Assembly (NCBI RefSeq): GCF_006345805.1
Contig: NW_021829888.1
Span: 1 to 34,764, forward strand
Direction: 5' to 3'
Source: Octopus sinensis
Taxonomy: Eukaryota
Length of the DNA stretch: 34,764 bases
The stretch's first letter is position 1. Every line of letters starts with the position of its first letter. A model generated the notes under the pieces. That model did no database searches. It was not told the DNA's origin and saw only the letters and a list, made by a program, of their open reading frames with translations. Shown here piece by piece: positions 31,790-34,764 of the stretch. Made by a program: the position numbers and the translations under genes.

Positions 31790-33105
31790 TTTAGATAGAT
31801 AAACAAATAGACAGATTATCCAGCATGTCCAGAGCCTGGAGACCTGACGAACTAGATTTATTCGTACGAGCCTGGAAATGCGCCGACGGAGATAGCCCTA
31901 GTTAGGTGATTGCGGCTGCGCTGAAGAACAACGGCTACAAGAGGACAGCGGCTCAGATGGAGCGAAAGAGACGGGAATTCGTGCGCTCATATGCGCTTAT
32001 ACGGTCGCACATTGGCGCTCTTGATGCCATCTTTGAGAACGAGCGGGGCAAAGATGGCAAGAATGGAGACGATGAAAGAAGTCACCCCCACCTGGTGGAC
32101 GCCCGGGAGGAGGTTTTGAGTGAGAAACTGCCCGGGAAGTGAACCCAGGTGCAAGTTCTCCAACCGGCAGCAAGGGCCATGGAGACGGAGAACCCGGTGA
32201 AGAGGTAGAGGGAGGAGGAAGAACTAAAAGAAGGACTGGAAGAGCTAAAGGAAAAGCTCAGCAGGACCAAAGGGTGAAACAACCAGGAATAGAAGTGGAA
32301 CCGCAAAAGATGGAAACAAACAGCGCACACGGGTGTGTAGGTTCTACCTGAGAGGTTCCTGCTGGCATGGAAAGGAAGGTGCAGGCTGCCGCTTTGCACA
32401 TCGGGGACCCTGCCACAGAGACACGAGGCAGATGGACAAACCATCAACACAAGGAAAAGGGATGGACCACGCACAACCTGCCCCAAAGCGGAGGTACGCA
32501 GATGTTGTGCGTGCCACAAACCGCCAACATGATGTTGTCGAAAGGGCAGCTGCTGAGCAACAAACTTTTTTGTGCATGGCACAAAAGATTGTACAGCAGC
32601 TGACCTGGCTTCATCAAACCCAAGCCCGGAGGTGGGACTACCCACTATATACAAGACCACCACAGCAAACAGACCCAGGATGGACACCGCCGGCAACAAC
32701 GTACACCTCACCTCGATGCTCCTTGTGAACATCAGAGGGCTGCAAACACTCAGTAACAGGACAAAAATCCCGTTCCAAGATGTAGGACAAGATTCTGTGA
32801 TAGCCTGGGCTTCCGAGGCCCACAGCTCTTCAATATCCTCCCGAAGAACCTGAGAGACCTGCATGGGGTGGATGCAGATGTCTTTAAAATGAAACTGGAT
32901 CTCTTCCTGTCAGGTGTCCCAGATGAACCAACTTCACGGCAGGAGGTGCAGATGAGGGCAGCTGCATCGAACTCTCTCATGCACCAAATGGCAATTGCTA
33001 GAAAGCTTTAATGAAGTGAAACCAACTAGCAACACCAAATGGCGGTGCTCCAACATGGCCACAGCTCATAAGCTGAAACTAGAATCAATCAATCAATCAA
33101 TCAAT
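31790..33105 (+). mobile_element. internally deleted copy of the same LINE family (ORF1 plus ORF2 start fused to the 3' end)
   Basis: From ~32776 the sequence matches the 3' end of 28915-30686 and ends in (ATCA)n; upstream MDTAGNNVHLTSMLLVNIRGL (ATG 32680) resembles an APE endonuclease N-terminus. The 5' boundary is approximate. Confidence 0.8.
31825..32728 (+). pseudogene. LINE ORF1 remnant with Myb/SANT-like N-terminus and CCCH zinc finger
   Basis: MSRAWRPDELDLFVRAW...PS*VIAAALKNNGYKRTAAQMERKRREF (TAG 31903-31905 at the expected Trp); CRFYLRGSCWHGKEGAGCRFAH at ~32336-32401; broken by stops and frameshifts. Confidence 0.65.
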
Positions 33106-33708
33106 ATGTGTGTGTGTGTGTATGTAAATATATGTGTGTGTGTGTTTCATTTTCGTCTCTGTTGCGTTGCATTCTTTCCTTCTGTGGCTGGCTGATTCGG
33201 AGCGGATCTCAGAATTGAACGGCCGAAATCTGCGATGAGGTATCAGTTTCTGACTGAAGAATGAAGGCTTTGAATGACCCGTTTGTCTTTTTGTTCGTCC
33301 CTTCGTGTATTTTACGTTATTTATTTATGTAAATGTTATGTGTGTAAGTATATATATGTGTGTTTGTGTGTGTGTGGTGTGTATGTATTTATATGTGTGT
33401 GTGTATATGTATAAATATGTGCGTGTGTGCATGTTATATATGTGTGTGTGTGTGTGTGTATATGTGTGTGTGTATGTATATATATATATATATGTTATTA
33501 TTTATTTATGTAAAGGTTTATTATATACATATATATATATATATGTGTGTGTGTATGTATATATATATATATATGTTATTATTTATTTATCTAAAGGTTT
33601 ATTATATACATATATATATATATATGTATGTGTGTATGTATATATGTGTGTGTGTATCTATATAATATATATATATATATGTTATTATTTATTTATGTAA
33701 AGGTTTAT

Positions 33709-33741
<33 letters not shown>

Positions 33742-34764
33742 ATGTATATATATGTGTGTGTGTGTTTCATTTTCGTCTCTGTTGCGTTGCATTCTTTCCT
33801 TCTGTGGCTGGCTGATTCGGAGCGGATCTCAGAATTAAACAGCCGAAATCTGCGATGAGGGATCAGTTTCTGACTGAAGAATGAAGGCTTTGAATGACCC
33901 GTTTGTCTTTTTGTTCGTCCCCTCGTGTATTTCACGTTATTTATTTATGTAAAGGTTTATTATATATTTCGCAGCGTACGTGCATAATAACTTCTTTATG
34001 TTTATCATATCAAAACCCCTGCACGATGTCTTTAAACTATTTTCTTTCCTTCGCCATTGCTTCGTTGCCAAATTGTTTTGGCGCCTTTTTCTCCCAGCCT
34101 CTCTGATTCCTTCTCTCCCTCTCTCTCTTGATCACTGCTTCTTCTCTGATTCCTTCTCTCCCTCTCTCTCTCTCGGTCACTGCTTCTGTCCTCGCCTTTT
34201 ACCTCCTTGGTCCCTTCTCTCTCTTAGCCCCTCCTCTTTCTTACCCTCTTGCGACTTGCTGCCTCAGCCATTCTCTTTCCATCGGCCACTTGTTCAACAT
34301 GTGTCTTATCACCGAAAAGGTAATTATTTTTCCACGCTTGCTGATATTGTTTTTGTGTCTCTCTTTTTGTGTTAAAGCCATAGGGCGCCTGTGTCATCCA
34401 TGTTTTTAACCGTTACTGTCTCCAAAAAAGATTTTTCGTTTCATGTTCGTCTCTGTTGCGTTGCATTCTTTCCTTCTGTGGCTGGCTGATTCGGAGCGGA
34501 TCTCAGAATTGAACGGCCGAAATCTGCGATGAGGTATCAGTTTCTGACTGAAGAATGAAGGCTTTGAATGACCCGTTTGTCTTTTTGTTCGTCCCTTCGT
34601 GTATTTTACGTTATTTATTTATGTAAATGTTATGTGTGTAAGTATATATATGTGTGTTTGTGTGTGTGTGTGTGTGTGTATGTATTTATATGTGTGTGTG
34701 TATATGTATAAATATGTGCGTGTGTGCATGTATATATATGTGTGTGTGTGTGTGTGTATATGTG

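Noticed and set aside
28915-33105. The two LINE pieces as one twin-primed insertion
   Set aside because: Each piece has its own complete 3' end and tail, which twin priming does not produce; no shared TSD found.

Overview
Repeat-dense eukaryotic DNA, very probably Octopus (inferred from recognisable tRNA-derived SINE families and huge CA/CATA microsatellites). No intact host gene is present; one candidate exon lies at 9161-9261. Contents: (1) SINEs, including one insertion whose 136-bp tRNA-like head is amplified to 19 tandem copies inside a single 16-bp TSD; (2) three compact (~4.2 kb unit) Ty3/gypsy-like LTR retrotransposons of two families (family A 9770-13974 nested in a rearranged family-B copy 9631-20845, itself inside a SINE; a second family-B copy at 21799-25906); (3) a 1.2-kb solo LTR, a mariner fragment, an RTE-type 3' fragment, a 5'-truncated CR1-type LINE and an internally deleted copy of the same LINE whose ORF1 remnant has Myb/SANT-like and CCCH motifs; (4) three separate fold-back/inverted-duplication structures. 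The most notable signal: both LTR families lack a TGG-type PBS and instead carry AGCTATTTCGGC directly after the 5' LTR, the exact complement of the first 12 nt (5' end) of tRNA-Phe, suggesting priming by a 5' tRNA fragment. Both families also share a G_GGA_AAC -1 frameshift site followed by an H-type pseudoknot conserved in structure but not in sequence. Family names and the tRNA match come from memory, not database searches.
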